In this document: piece by piece, positions 1 through 9,482 of the stretch
How positions within the stretch are numbered: position 1 is the first letter of the stretch
Layout of the letters: every line of letters begins with the position of its first letter
NCBI GenBank assembly: GCA_963702845.1
Contig: OY969763.1
Coordinates: 5,088,001 to 5,152,000, forward strand
Length of the DNA stretch: 64,000 nucleotides
Source of the DNA: an uncultured Verrucomicrobiae bacterium
Lineage (GTDB): Bacteria > Verrucomicrobiota > Verrucomicrobiia > Limisphaerales > Palsa-1400
Direction: 5' to 3'
Program-made: the position numbers and the translations under genes
Notes under the pieces: generated by a model
The model's database searches: none
Told to the model about the DNA's origin: nothing
Seen by the model: only the letters and a program-made list of their open reading frames with translations

Positions 1-734
1 TTCGTGCCCGGAGCTTCGCCGGTCGTAGAAATGAAAACGCCATTCGCGCCATTCTTGAATTCGAGGTAAGCGGTGACGTCATCCTCAACTTCAATGTTAT
101 GATAACGGCCAAGCTTCACGAAACTGCGCACGCGCGTCGGCATGCCGAGCAGCCATTGCAACATGTCGAGTTGGTGCAGACACTGATTGATGAGCACCCC
201 CCCGCCTTCGCCGCGCCATGTCGCGCGCCAACCGCCGCTCAAATAATACGCTTCCGTGCGGAACCAGTCGGTCACGATCCAGGAAAATCGCGTAATTTCG
301 CCAAGATGCCCTTCAGTGAGGAGCTTTTTGATTTCAGCGTAACGCGATTCGGTGCGCAGTTGGAACATTGCGCCGAAAACGAGCTTCGGATGTTTTTTGC
401 GAACCGCAATCAGGCGTTCCGCGTCGGCCTTGTGCGCGGAAATTGGTTTTTCCACCATCACGTGCAGGCCCGCTTCGAGTGCGGTAATGCCGAGCGAGGT
501 GTGTTCGTAGTGAGGCGTCGCGATGATCACTGCATCGATCTCACCGGACTTCAAAAACTGTTCCGCGTTAGTAAACGTTTTGACGGCGCGTTGCGCGTAT
601 TTGACGAGCTTATCCGCAGAGCGCGCGCAAACACCAACGAGCTGGCAACGGTTGACTTTATTCGCGAGCAAATACTCAGCGTGATGCGCGCCAATGTTGC
701 CAACACCAATGAGGCCAAGACGAACGGGATTCAT
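1..734 (-). CDS. Gfo/Idh/MocA family oxidoreductase (5' part; runs off the window)
   Basis: Not in the ORF track. Manual minus-strand translation from ATG at 734 gives MNPVRLGLIGVGNIGAHH (Rossmann GxGxxG), DAVIIATPH, HVMVEKP and GGGVLINQCLHQLD. Confidence 0.9.
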   Translation of the reverse strand, partial: MNPVRLGLIGVGNIGAHHAEYLLANKVNRCQLVGVCARSADKLVKYAQRAVKTFTNAEQFLKSGEIDAVIIATPHYEHTSLGITALEAGLHVMVEKPISAHKADAERLIAVRKKHPKLVFGAMFQLRTESRYAEIKKLLTEGHLGEITRFSWIVTDWFRTEAYYLSGGWRATWRGEGGGVLINQCLHQLDMLQWLLGMPTRVRSFVKLGRYHNIEVEDDVTAYLEFKNGANGVFISTTGEAPGT

Positions 735-777
735 AATTCAGAAGCTAGAAGTTAGGAGATAGCAGATAGAATTCCAA

Positions 778-1305
778 CTACTTTGGATGCGAGTCTGCGG
801 TAGATTTTGGCGGATCGGAGACCTCAATCGTGGTGCGTTCATATTTCGACGGCAGTCCCCACTTACTGCCATGAAAGAATCGCAGGAGACGCGCGCGTGC
901 GGCGAGATGCCGCACTGCTTCACGCCAGTCATACCCAGAGTAAAGGACCAGGAGAGTGCAGTCGCCTGCAGCTTTATTCAGTGTTAGTTCGGCAGCTTTT
1001 CGGGAACGAAGCACTACTCGCCGGTCGCTGGCAACGTCCCACGTCTGATCACGCGGACACATAAAGAAGTAGTTTGCTATTGTGACTTCTTCAGGGCCGG
1101 AGTTTGAAATGACAAATGAGACAGCGTTTGAGCCTGCCGAGGTATTTGTGTAGTTCAGGAATGAGACAGAAATGTTGCCTGAACCTACGCGGGAATCAGG
1201 CGTGTTCCATAGAAGAGCTATAGCGGCAGCCAGAAGCAGAAATGCTGATATGGCGATCGCAAGCTTGCGATTTAGCTTTCCGCGAACAGGTGATTTTTTG
1301 ATCAC
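778..1305 (-). CDS. Hypothetical membrane-anchored protein
   Basis: 175-aa ORF with a basic N-terminus followed by a hydrophobic helix (LAIAISAFLLLAAAIALLW). It fills the gap between two genes on the same strand. Confidence 0.6.
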   Translation of the reverse strand: MIKKSPVRGKLNRKLAIAISAFLLLAAAIALLWNTPDSRVGSGNISVSFLNYTNTSAGSNAVSFVISNSGPEEVTIANYFFMCPRDQTWDVASDRRVVLRSRKAAELTLNKAAGDCTLLVLYSGYDWREAVRHLAARARLLRFFHGSKWGLPSKYERTTIEVSDPPKSTADSHPK

Positions 1306-1326
1306 GCCTTAACATTCTCCAACGGG

Positions 1327-2685
1327 TTAATCCCGTTTCAATCCGAGTTTTTCAATGAGCTCGTATAGCGTTGGGCGACTGACACCAAGTTCCGCCGCTG
1401 CAGGCGCGATTTTGCCGTTGTGCTTACGCAAGGTTTTTTGGATCAGGTCACGTTCCAGCGATTCACGCGCTTCTTTTAAGTTCGAAGCGGAAGTCGTTGA
1501 CGAGACATCGGTCAGTTCGAGATCCTGAACTGTAAGGCGTTTGCTCTCGGCCATGATGACGGCGCGTTTGATGCGATTTTCCAATTCACGAACGTTACCC
1601 GGCCACGCGTGACGAGCGAGCGCACGCTTGGCTTCAGCGTCGAAGGTGAGGCCTTCTTTTTTCGTTTCGTGGCTGAACCGACGGAGAAAATCCTGACCGA
1701 GCAAGAGCGTGTCGTTTTCGCGTTCGCGCAAGGCCGGCAGTTTGATGACGACAACAGCGAGACGATAGTAAAGGTCCTCGCGGAACGTGGCGTCGGCTAT
1801 GCCTTTCGCTAAATCGGAGTTGGTCGCGGCGACGACCCGCGCGTCCACTGAAATGGACTGGCGACCACCGACGCGTTCGATGGTTTGTTCCTGCAAAAAG
1901 CGAAGTAGCTTCACCTGCAACGGCGTTGGCAATTCGCCGATTTCGTCAAGGAACAGGGTGCCACCGGCGGCAGTTTCGATGCGACCCTTGCGCTGCATGT
2001 GCGCGCCAGTGAATGAGCCTTTTTCGTGACCGAAAAGTTCGCTTTCAAGCAGCGCCTCAGGAATCGCGCCGCAATTGATGGCGACGAAAGGCCCGTCCTT
2101 ACGCGGACTGCGACGATGAATCGCGAGCGCGGCCATTTCTTTGCCGGTCCCGCTTTCACCCAGAATCAAAACGGGCGCGTCGGTTGTAGCGACTTTGCGG
2201 ATTGAATTAAAAACCGTCTGCATCGAAGGACTGGTGCCGAGCATGCCTTCGAAAGTATCTGGCGTGACCTGTTGCTTCAGTGCGCGATATTCACGCTCGA
2301 GGCCGGCGACGTGGTAGGCGCGTTTGAGAATGACTTTGAGTTCATCGAGGTCGACCGGTTTGGTTAAAAAATCGTAAGCACCAGAACCGACGCCTTCGAG
2401 CGCGTTATGTTTCTCGCCCTGGCCACTGATGATGACAACCTTTGTCATGCTGTCCGCCGCTAGAATTTCCGAGAGCGTTGCAAAGCCTTCCTTCGTATCG
2501 CCCGGGCTGGGAGGCAGGCCGAGGTCAAGGAGCACGACCGCTGGAGTTTGCTCGCGAAACGTAGCGAGCGCAGAGGCTCGATCACCCGCGAGAAACACCT
2601 CATAGTCCTGAGCTAGTCCCCACTTCATTTGGGAACGAATCTCTTCATCGTCATCGACGATCAACAACTTCGGCTTAGTCGACAT
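1327..2685 (-). CDS. prsR: PEP-CTERM-box sigma54-dependent response regulator (REC-AAA+-HTH)
   Basis: KLLIVDDDEEIRSQMKWGL and LDLGLPP receiver features typical of PrsR; GESGTGKE Walker A; GSFTGA (GAFTGA-like) loop; Fis-type HTH. Start moved to MSTKPK. Confidence 0.85.
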   Translation of the reverse strand: MSTKPKLLIVDDDEEIRSQMKWGLAQDYEVFLAGDRASALATFREQTPAVVLLDLGLPPSPGDTKEGFATLSEILAADSMTKVVIISGQGEKHNALEGVGSGAYDFLTKPVDLDELKVILKRAYHVAGLEREYRALKQQVTPDTFEGMLGTSPSMQTVFNSIRKVATTDAPVLILGESGTGKEMAALAIHRRSPRKDGPFVAINCGAIPEALLESELFGHEKGSFTGAHMQRKGRIETAAGGTLFLDEIGELPTPLQVKLLRFLQEQTIERVGGRQSISVDARVVAATNSDLAKGIADATFREDLYYRLAVVVIKLPALRERENDTLLLGQDFLRRFSHETKKEGLTFDAEAKRALARHAWPGNVRELENRIKRAVIMAESKRLTVQDLELTDVSSTTSASNLKEARESLERDLIQKTLRKHNGKIAPAAAELGVSRPTLYELIEKLGLKRD

Positions 2686-2789
2686 GATCAATTGGCATCT
2701 TATCCCGAACTGCTCAAATTGAGCGAGTAGATTAAATCGCTCACGGCTCGACACTCGCGTGCGCCAACTACTTTATTAGCCCAATCTGC

Positions 2790-4103
2790 TTATTTACCGA
2801 ACACCTTCTTGAATTTCTCGCGCACATTCTGGAAATGAAAATCCAACGAGCACAGTTTTTCCAATTCGCCGGCTTTGAAGTGCTTTTTCACGTCCGGATC
2901 GCTCAACAGCTGCGCCTTGAAATCGGCGTTTTGCCCGGCGTGTTTGGCTTGCCATGTTTGCATCGCATTCCGCTGCACCAACTCGTAAGCCGCTTCGCGC
3001 GTCAGCCCTTTTTTGATTAAAGCGAGAAGCACGGTTTGCGAATTCCACATGCCGAGCGACAGCCCGAGGTTGCGCTTCATATTCTCGGGGTAGACGATCA
3101 GACCATCGGTCAACTTTTGCAACGTCACGAGCATGTAATCGAGCAACGTGCAGGAATCGGGGAAAATGATCCGCTCGACGCTGCTGTGGCTGATGTCGCG
3201 TTCGTGCCAGAGCGCGACATTTTCCATGGCAGCGACGGCGTTGCCGCGCAAAACACGGGCGAGACCGGTGAGACGTTCGCCCGTAATCGGATTACGTTTG
3301 TGCGGCATCGCGCTCGATCCTTTTTGGCCTTTCGCAAAAAATTCTTCCGCTTCCAGAACTTCCGTGCGTTGTAAGTGACGGAACTCCGTCGACCAACGTT
3401 CGATGCTCGCAGCCACGAGCGCGAGCGTGCTGATAAATTCGGCGTGAATGTCGCGTTGCACGACCTGCGTCGCGATTGGCGCCGCTTTCAGTCCAAGCTT
3501 TTTACAGACGAACGCTTCAATGCGCGGAGCGAGATGTGCGCTGGTCCCGACCGCTCCCGAAAGTTTACCGACAGCGACGTTTTGGCGAACGACTTCCAAC
3601 CGTTGTAACCCTCGGGTAAACTCGTCGTACATCAACGCGAATTTTAGCCCCATGGTAGTTGGCTCAGCGTGAATGCCGTGGCTGCGTCCAATCATCGGCG
3701 TGAATTGATGTTCGCGCGCGCGCCGTGCAATCGTTTTGCGCAGGTCCTTAACGTCCTGAATCAAAATGTCAGCAGATTGCACCATCTGAACGGCAAACGC
3801 CGTGTCGAGAACGTCGCTGCTCGTCAGCCCGAAATGCAACCAACGACTGGCCGGCGCGCCGATGTTTTCCGAAACGTTTGTCGTGAATGCGATGACGTCG
3901 TGATTAAGCGTCCGCTCAAGTTCCTTGCAGCGGTCGATGTTGAAGGCCGCCTTGGCCTTCATTTGCGCGAAGTCTTTCTTCGGCACAATGCCTTCGGCAA
4001 CGAGCGCTTCGGAAGCGAGCAACTCGATTTGGAGCCAGATCTCGAGCTTGCGTTGCTCGGACCAAATTTCGCGCATGGCTGGACGGGAATAGCGTTGGAT
4101 CAT
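2790..4103 (-). CDS. purB: Adenylosuccinate lyase
   Basis: MIQRYSRP start, HFGLTSSD, GRSHGIHAEP and the signature GSSAMPHKRNP. Confidence 0.97.
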   Translation of the reverse strand: MIQRYSRPAMREIWSEQRKLEIWLQIELLASEALVAEGIVPKKDFAQMKAKAAFNIDRCKELERTLNHDVIAFTTNVSENIGAPASRWLHFGLTSSDVLDTAFAVQMVQSADILIQDVKDLRKTIARRAREHQFTPMIGRSHGIHAEPTTMGLKFALMYDEFTRGLQRLEVVRQNVAVGKLSGAVGTSAHLAPRIEAFVCKKLGLKAAPIATQVVQRDIHAEFISTLALVAASIERWSTEFRHLQRTEVLEAEEFFAKGQKGSSAMPHKRNPITGERLTGLARVLRGNAVAAMENVALWHERDISHSSVERIIFPDSCTLLDYMLVTLQKLTDGLIVYPENMKRNLGLSLGMWNSQTVLLALIKKGLTREAAYELVQRNAMQTWQAKHAGQNADFKAQLLSDPDVKKHFKAGELEKLCSLDFHFQNVREKFKKVFGK

Positions 4104-4180
4104 AACGGATTCAGAACGGCGCAAATTGTGTGCTTGTCGAAGCGTCGATGCAAAGCCCGAAATGATTGGCGCACGAAAAC

Positions 4181-4210
4181 AAAAAAGGCACAGAGGAGTC
4201 TCTCTGTGCC
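4181..4210 (-). terminator. Intrinsic terminator after the SurA/PpiD-like gene
   Basis: Stem GGCACAGAG/CTCTGTGCC next to an A6 run, which reads as U6 on the minus strand. Confidence 0.75.
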
Positions 4211-4228
4211 TCTTGAGAAAGTTTTAAC

Positions 4229-6013
4229 TTAGCTCACCGGCGGCTTGGGCTGCTGCGGAACGACCAGGCGCATGTCTTGAATCTGGCGTTGGAACCACTC
4301 ACCAAACGCGGCGTTCTGGCGTTGTTCACGCATCCGTGCGACGAACTCAGGAAGCTCCTTCTGCAGCTTGGCTTGGTCAACCGGTTGGCGCGCTTTCAGG
4401 TAAACGACATATCCACCTTCCGCCGTCGGAATGTATGCCGACATTTTGCCGGTTTGCATACTGTAGAGGTTTTCAACCAATTGTTGGAATTCTTGACGGC
4501 CAGTAATCAGATGAGCGACCGACGAATTGCTCTTCTCGATCTTTTTAAACTCAACTGTTGTTTCGATATTTGTCGGTTGAGCTGTGGCCAGAGAAAACGC
4601 TGGCAGCGTGATCGGCTTAACATTATTTGCCGAGGCAACCTCATCAAAACCCTTGCCTTGCGACACCGAACCCACCGCTTTGATGTAGAAGTTCTGGCCG
4701 GCAGAACGAGCGATTTCGAACGCCCTCTCGCGCTTGTAATCATCCATGACTTTGGTTTGGACCTGATCAAAGGTTTGGGGCTGGTTCGGAAAACGTTGCT
4801 TCAATCCCATGACCAACCAACCATCTTCAACAGGCACCGGCGCTTGCGAATAGATCATGCTGCGGGATTTGTCTTCTGGCGCGTTGGTCGACAGTGAAAA
4901 CGCCGTGCGCATGAACGCTTGGGTAGGCTTGAACTCCTTCGGGCCCGTGCGACCGTCAAACGGTTCGGTGACATTTACTTTCAGATTGTGCTCCTGAGCA
5001 ACCTTCTGCAGGTCATCGACCGTAAACGGATGCTCGTCATCGTGACCTTTCATCAGCGCTTCGATAAATCCATTCGCGTTCGTGCGGGCAAAGGTCAAAG
5101 CACGATTGTCACGCAGATCGTTTTTAATTTTTGCTTTGGCGGCATCGGCCGTCATTTCTTTGCCTTGCTCATCCTTGAACGTGGCAGGGCCGCGCTGGAT
5201 ATAATAAGCGTCGATTTCCTTGCTCAAATTCGTGTTGCTGACGAGATCTTTTTCGGCGACAGCGACGTAATTCGACATCGGGAAGCTAACGTATTGCACC
5301 TGCACGCGTTCAGGCAGGCGATACATCGCTTCGTTCGTGTGAAAGAAACCTTGGAGATTCGTCATCGAGGTCGTCACTTGCGACATATAGTTGCTGAGCG
5401 GGAAATAGGCGACTTCGGCGACCATTGGCTCATTTTCACGGACGTAGAAAGCTTCCGCTTCCTTCGGCGTGATCAATTTGCCACCCATGCCGAACAACGT
5501 AACCAGTTGTTGGTTGGCCGCCTGATGACGCGCAAAACGCGCGAAATCTTCCAATGTAAGACGCTGAGGAGCGAGTGTACGTTGCTCGAACGTTTGCAGA
5601 TCAGCTTCCGTCACAGGGTGTGAAGGACTGGCGCCAAAAATTTCCTCAACCATGCGCGCAGCCGCCTTGGAGGTCGGCACGATGCCGAGGTCCTTGGCTT
5701 TTTGGTTCAGCGCGATCCGTTGATAAGCGCGCTGCTCGAGCTGATAATTGTTCTGGCGAAGCTTTTCTTGCGTCGCCCATTCGCCGTGCTGGAGGAAGTA
5801 GAAGAGCATTTCTTCGCGAATGGCATCGTTGAATTCGTCGACGCCGATGGCCCGGCCTTCAATGGATGCGCCGGTTTCACCAGTACGGGTGTCGCCACCG
5901 CCGCCGCCGCCGTAACGTGTGCTCGGGTTAAAAAAGACAACGAACGACACAATCGTCGCAGCGATGATCACTCCCCAAAGCCATTGTTGGTGCTTCCTAA
6001 TTGTTCCAATCAT
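4229..6013 (-). CDS. SurA N-terminal domain / PpiD-like periplasmic chaperone
   Basis: MIGTIRKHQQWLW followed by a TM anchor, YRLPERVQVQYVSF and a PpiD-like length and layout. Confidence 0.8.
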   Translation of the reverse strand: MIGTIRKHQQWLWGVIIAATIVSFVVFFNPSTRYGGGGGGDTRTGETGASIEGRAIGVDEFNDAIREEMLFYFLQHGEWATQEKLRQNNYQLEQRAYQRIALNQKAKDLGIVPTSKAAARMVEEIFGASPSHPVTEADLQTFEQRTLAPQRLTLEDFARFARHQAANQQLVTLFGMGGKLITPKEAEAFYVRENEPMVAEVAYFPLSNYMSQVTTSMTNLQGFFHTNEAMYRLPERVQVQYVSFPMSNYVAVAEKDLVSNTNLSKEIDAYYIQRGPATFKDEQGKEMTADAAKAKIKNDLRDNRALTFARTNANGFIEALMKGHDDEHPFTVDDLQKVAQEHNLKVNVTEPFDGRTGPKEFKPTQAFMRTAFSLSTNAPEDKSRSMIYSQAPVPVEDGWLVMGLKQRFPNQPQTFDQVQTKVMDDYKRERAFEIARSAGQNFYIKAVGSVSQGKGFDEVASANNVKPITLPAFSLATAQPTNIETTVEFKKIEKSNSSVAHLITGRQEFQQLVENLYSMQTGKMSAYIPTAEGGYVVYLKARQPVDQAKLQKELPEFVARMREQRQNAAFGEWFQRQIQDMRLVVPQQPKPPVS

Positions 6014-6141
6014 AATGAAAGGGGTAGAAAATAGGTCGGCAGGGGGCCAAGCGCAAGGCTCAACTCCAGTGGGCTTACTGAATTTCCCTGGTAGCACCCT
6101 TTGCGCTAGACGGACCCCTTGCCCATGTTAATGTTAGCCGT

Positions 6142-7437
6142 ATGTCTGAGCAGTCCTCGGCAGCGCCGAATAATGCCAATGGAAACGGAAATGGTGGCTC
6201 TGGAGCCAATGCCAATGGGCAGCCTAAACCGCAGAAGATCAATCTGCGGCGCCCGGATGTCATGGAAGCCGTCCAGGCACAAGTGTTATCGCATTACACC
6301 AGCGAATTGGTCGATCGCATCCGCAAAAAAGGCGGCGTGCTGTCCGCCGATGGATCGCTAACCATCAAGTTGGCGAAGGAATTTGGGTTTTGCTATGGGG
6401 TCGAGCGCGCGATTGATCTGGCTTATGCGGCGCGTAAAGTTTTTCCGCCGCCGAAGCCGATCTATCTGCTCGGCGAAATCATTCATAACCCCGAGGTCAA
6501 TGACCAGATCCGCAACATGGGCATTCAGATTATTTCGCCCAAGCCGACCAATGCGGAACTGGAACGGCTCCATTCCGGTGACGTCGTGATTATTCCGGCG
6601 TTTGGCACTGAAGTCGCCACGCGCGAGAAGTTGAAGGCCAAGGGTTGTGAGACGGTTGATACGACCTGTGGCGACGTGATGTCCGTCTGGAAACGCGTCC
6701 GTCAATATTCAAAGGACAGCGTCACCAGCATCATTCACGGCAAAGCCAAGCACGAGGAAACAAAGGCCACGACGTCCCAGGCCACCGCCTACGGCAGCGG
6801 TCATTATCTGGTGGTCTACAATCTCGACGAAACGGATTACGTCTGTAACTACATCCTCAACGGCGGCGGCAAACAGGAATTTTTGGAGAAGTTTAAAGGT
6901 GCCTATTCGCATGGATTCGATCCTGAACTGCATCTACAGACCGTCGGCGTCGCCAATCAAACGACGATGTTGCGCGGCGAGACAGAAGAAGTGCAGCGCC
7001 GCATCAAAGCGGCGATGATCAAGAAATACGGCGAGGGCGAGACCGATAAGCATTTCCGGTTTTTCGACACGATTTGCGGCGCAACCCAGGATCGTCAGGA
7101 TGCCCTGCAAAAGCTGATGGTTGAACCGATGGACCTGTTGCTGGTCATTGGCGGTTACAATTCGTCGAACACCTCGCATCTGGCTGAAATGGGTGAGGCA
7201 AAATTGCCGACGTATTTTATCAAGAACGCACAGATGATGGTGTCGGACCGGCTGATCCGCCATTACAACTCTGTTCAGCATAAAGAAGTCGAGACCAAGG
7301 ATTGGCTGCCGCAAGGCAAGATTACGGTCGGCATTACCGCCGGCGCTTCTTGCCCGAATAACCTGATCGAAGATGCCATTCGCCGGTTATTTGAACTGCG
7401 CGGAATTTCTGTCACTGAGCTTTTGGCCAACAATTAG
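6142..7437 (+). CDS. ispH: 4-hydroxy-3-methylbut-2-enyl diphosphate reductase
   Basis: GFCYGVERA, IIHNP, DTTC, TICGAT, NSSNT and TAGASCP motifs. Confidence 0.96.
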   Translation: MSEQSSAAPNNANGNGNGGSGANANGQPKPQKINLRRPDVMEAVQAQVLSHYTSELVDRIRKKGGVLSADGSLTIKLAKEFGFCYGVERAIDLAYAARKVFPPPKPIYLLGEIIHNPEVNDQIRNMGIQIISPKPTNAELERLHSGDVVIIPAFGTEVATREKLKAKGCETVDTTCGDVMSVWKRVRQYSKDSVTSIIHGKAKHEETKATTSQATAYGSGHYLVVYNLDETDYVCNYILNGGGKQEFLEKFKGAYSHGFDPELHLQTVGVANQTTMLRGETEEVQRRIKAAMIKKYGEGETDKHFRFFDTICGATQDRQDALQKLMVEPMDLLLVIGGYNSSNTSHLAEMGEAKLPTYFIKNAQMMVSDRLIRHYNSVQHKEVETKDWLPQGKITVGITAGASCPNNLIEDAIRRLFELRGISVTELLANN

Positions 7438-7445
7438 GGCCGACC

Positions 7446-8594
7446 ATGCCCTGCACACGAGAAGAACTGGAGCAGCGCGAGCAACAAACCCTCGCGCCTT
7501 ATGCGCAATTGTCCGGTGACTCTCGCGGTCGCCTTTACCCCGAAGAGCCGGCGCTCTGGCGCACGCACTACCAACGCGATCGCGACCGCGTCATCCACTC
7601 GCGCGCATTTCGGCGGCTGGAATACAAAACGCAGGTTTTTCTCAACGGTCGCGGCGATCACTTTCGCACGCGGTTGACGCACACGATGGAAGTTGCCGCA
7701 ACGACGCGCAGCATCGCACGCGCGTTGCGGTTGAATGAAGATATCGCGGAGACGATCGCGCTCGCACACGACCTGGGCCATTCGCCGTTCGGCCACAAGG
7801 GCGAAGAAGTGCTCAACAAACTGATGCGCGGCCAGGGCGGTTTTGAGCACAATAAGCAGAGTTTGCGAATCGTTGAAGAACTGGAACAACGTTACCCGGC
7901 GTTTCGTGGTTTGAATCTGACGTGGGAAGTGCGCGAGGGTTTGATGAAGCACGAGCGGTCGTTTGTCGTTCCCAATCCGAACGGTTTCACCGCGCGGTCA
8001 ACGTCGCTTGAGGCGCAAGTCGCGAATCTCGCGGACGAACTCACTTACGCGAGTCATGATCTCGATGACGGCATGGAAGCGGGATTGCTTTCCGAAGACA
8101 AATTGCGGCGCGATGTGAAAATTTTCGGCGACGCATGGAAGCACGTTCGCAAAACGCACGGTGATTTGCCCGATGAATTGCGCCGCCATTATATCGTGCG
8201 CTCGATCATCGACTGGCAGGTGCATGATGTGGTTGAAAACAGCGAACAAAACATTTTCGACTCGTGCGTGAAATCAGCAGACGACGTTCGCAAGCAAACA
8301 CGTCCGCTCATTCAACACAGCACGGAACGTCGCAAGCTCAACGCCGAGTTGCGCAAATATCTCTACGCGAATTTCTATCTCAGCGACGGCGTTTCTGGAC
8401 CAAACCAGCGCGCCGGAAGAATGCTGGAAGAACTGTTTCGCTACTACCTTTTGCATCCAAAAGAAATCGGCGAAGGCGCCCAGAAACGCGCGCGCAAAGC
8501 AGGCTGGCATCGGGCCATTTGTGATTACCTCTCCGGGATGACGGATCGTTACGCGATTAACGATTACCAACGGATATTCGGCGTTTCGCGCTAA
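7446..8594 (+). CDS. dgt: Deoxyguanosinetriphosphate triphosphohydrolase (HD domain)
   Basis: RDRDRVIHSRAFRRLEYKTQVF, RTRLTH, AHDLGHSPFGH and DYLSGMTD. Confidence 0.93.
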   Translation: MPCTREELEQREQQTLAPYAQLSGDSRGRLYPEEPALWRTHYQRDRDRVIHSRAFRRLEYKTQVFLNGRGDHFRTRLTHTMEVAATTRSIARALRLNEDIAETIALAHDLGHSPFGHKGEEVLNKLMRGQGGFEHNKQSLRIVEELEQRYPAFRGLNLTWEVREGLMKHERSFVVPNPNGFTARSTSLEAQVANLADELTYASHDLDDGMEAGLLSEDKLRRDVKIFGDAWKHVRKTHGDLPDELRRHYIVRSIIDWQVHDVVENSEQNIFDSCVKSADDVRKQTRPLIQHSTERRKLNAELRKYLYANFYLSDGVSGPNQRAGRMLEELFRYYLLHPKEIGEGAQKRARKAGWHRAICDYLSGMTDRYAINDYQRIFGVSR

Positions 8595-9451
8595 CGCGCC
8601 GTCGGATAGTACGGTTTCGGAATGATATTCCCGGGGAAATTCGTTTCGTCACTCAATAGCGCGGCGTAATTCGCGTTCGTCAGGATTGCAGAAATGGTCG
8701 TCGGTTTCCCATCAAGCACAGCAGCCTCTTGCACGAGGCGAATCCCATGGCTGTAGTCGGCCCACGTTTGGGCGTGTCCGTTGTAAATCGGTTGAATCGC
8801 TTTGCCGTCTGCTTTATGCCAGCCGTAAATCACGACGGGAGTTGAAGCGCGTGTGTGCAAGTTGGTGTAGATGAGCGTTGAGATAACGATGTCTTTCTTG
8901 TCGCCGGCCACCAACTCGCCAAGCGGATGCGCGGAAATTTGCGCGTGACGTTGCGTGCGGACAATTTGGTTGTGCTCATCAAATATGGGCACGGTGATCA
9001 TCTTCGCGGTCGGCGGCATTGGCATCGGTGTCATTTTGACTTTCGCCGCGCTCCAGATGTCGTCCGAGATTTTGCGTGTGGCCAAAGTGCAATCGAGAAA
9101 CGTCGCGATACGTTGCGCGAGCATCGGCGTCATTGGCGTGAGCAAGTAATCTGAGTCCGACCCGAGCGCGAAGTAGTCCGGTGCTACATAAAATTGCACA
9201 GTGTGGTTCGTGCCATTGATCGTCGCGGAGTTTGTGAGCGCGACGAATTTGTGTAGAAAATTCGGGATGTTGCCGTTTGTAACCCACTGAAAAATGTATT
9301 CTTCACGATCCGCCAACGTCAGCGGCGTCATCTCTTTGACTAGCTCTTTGCCTTCCGGCACAGTCAGTGGCCGCGACGGCAGTTTCATCGTTTGTGCGGA
9401 ACAGACACAGGCGAATCCGGTGGCAATGATCAATTGTACAATTGCGCGCAT
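8591..9451 (-). CDS. Secreted hypothetical protein
   Basis: Signal-peptide-like MRAIVQLIIATGFACVCSA. Globular body with enzyme-like motifs PDY, KKD, IYGWH and DYSHG. Start moved to 9451 to avoid overlap with the upstream gene. Confidence 0.7.
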   Translation of the reverse strand: MRAIVQLIIATGFACVCSAQTMKLPSRPLTVPEGKELVKEMTPLTLADREEYIFQWVTNGNIPNFLHKFVALTNSATINGTNHTVQFYVAPDYFALGSDSDYLLTPMTPMLAQRIATFLDCTLATRKISDDIWSAAKVKMTPMPMPPTAKMITVPIFDEHNQIVRTQRHAQISAHPLGELVAGDKKDIVISTLIYTNLHTRASTPVVIYGWHKADGKAIQPIYNGHAQTWADYSHGIRLVQEAAVLDGKPTTISAILTNANYAALLSDETNFPGNIIPKPYYPTAR

Positions 9452-9482
9452 AATTACGGTGGCAATAAAGGTGTAATGTCGA

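Noticed and set aside
99..755. 218-aa plus-strand ORF
   Set aside because: Antisense shadow of the minus-strand Gfo/Idh/MocA gene.
7446..8594. dGTPase as an anti-phage defence gene
   Set aside because: Sits 8 bp after ispH in a housekeeping context with no defence neighbours.
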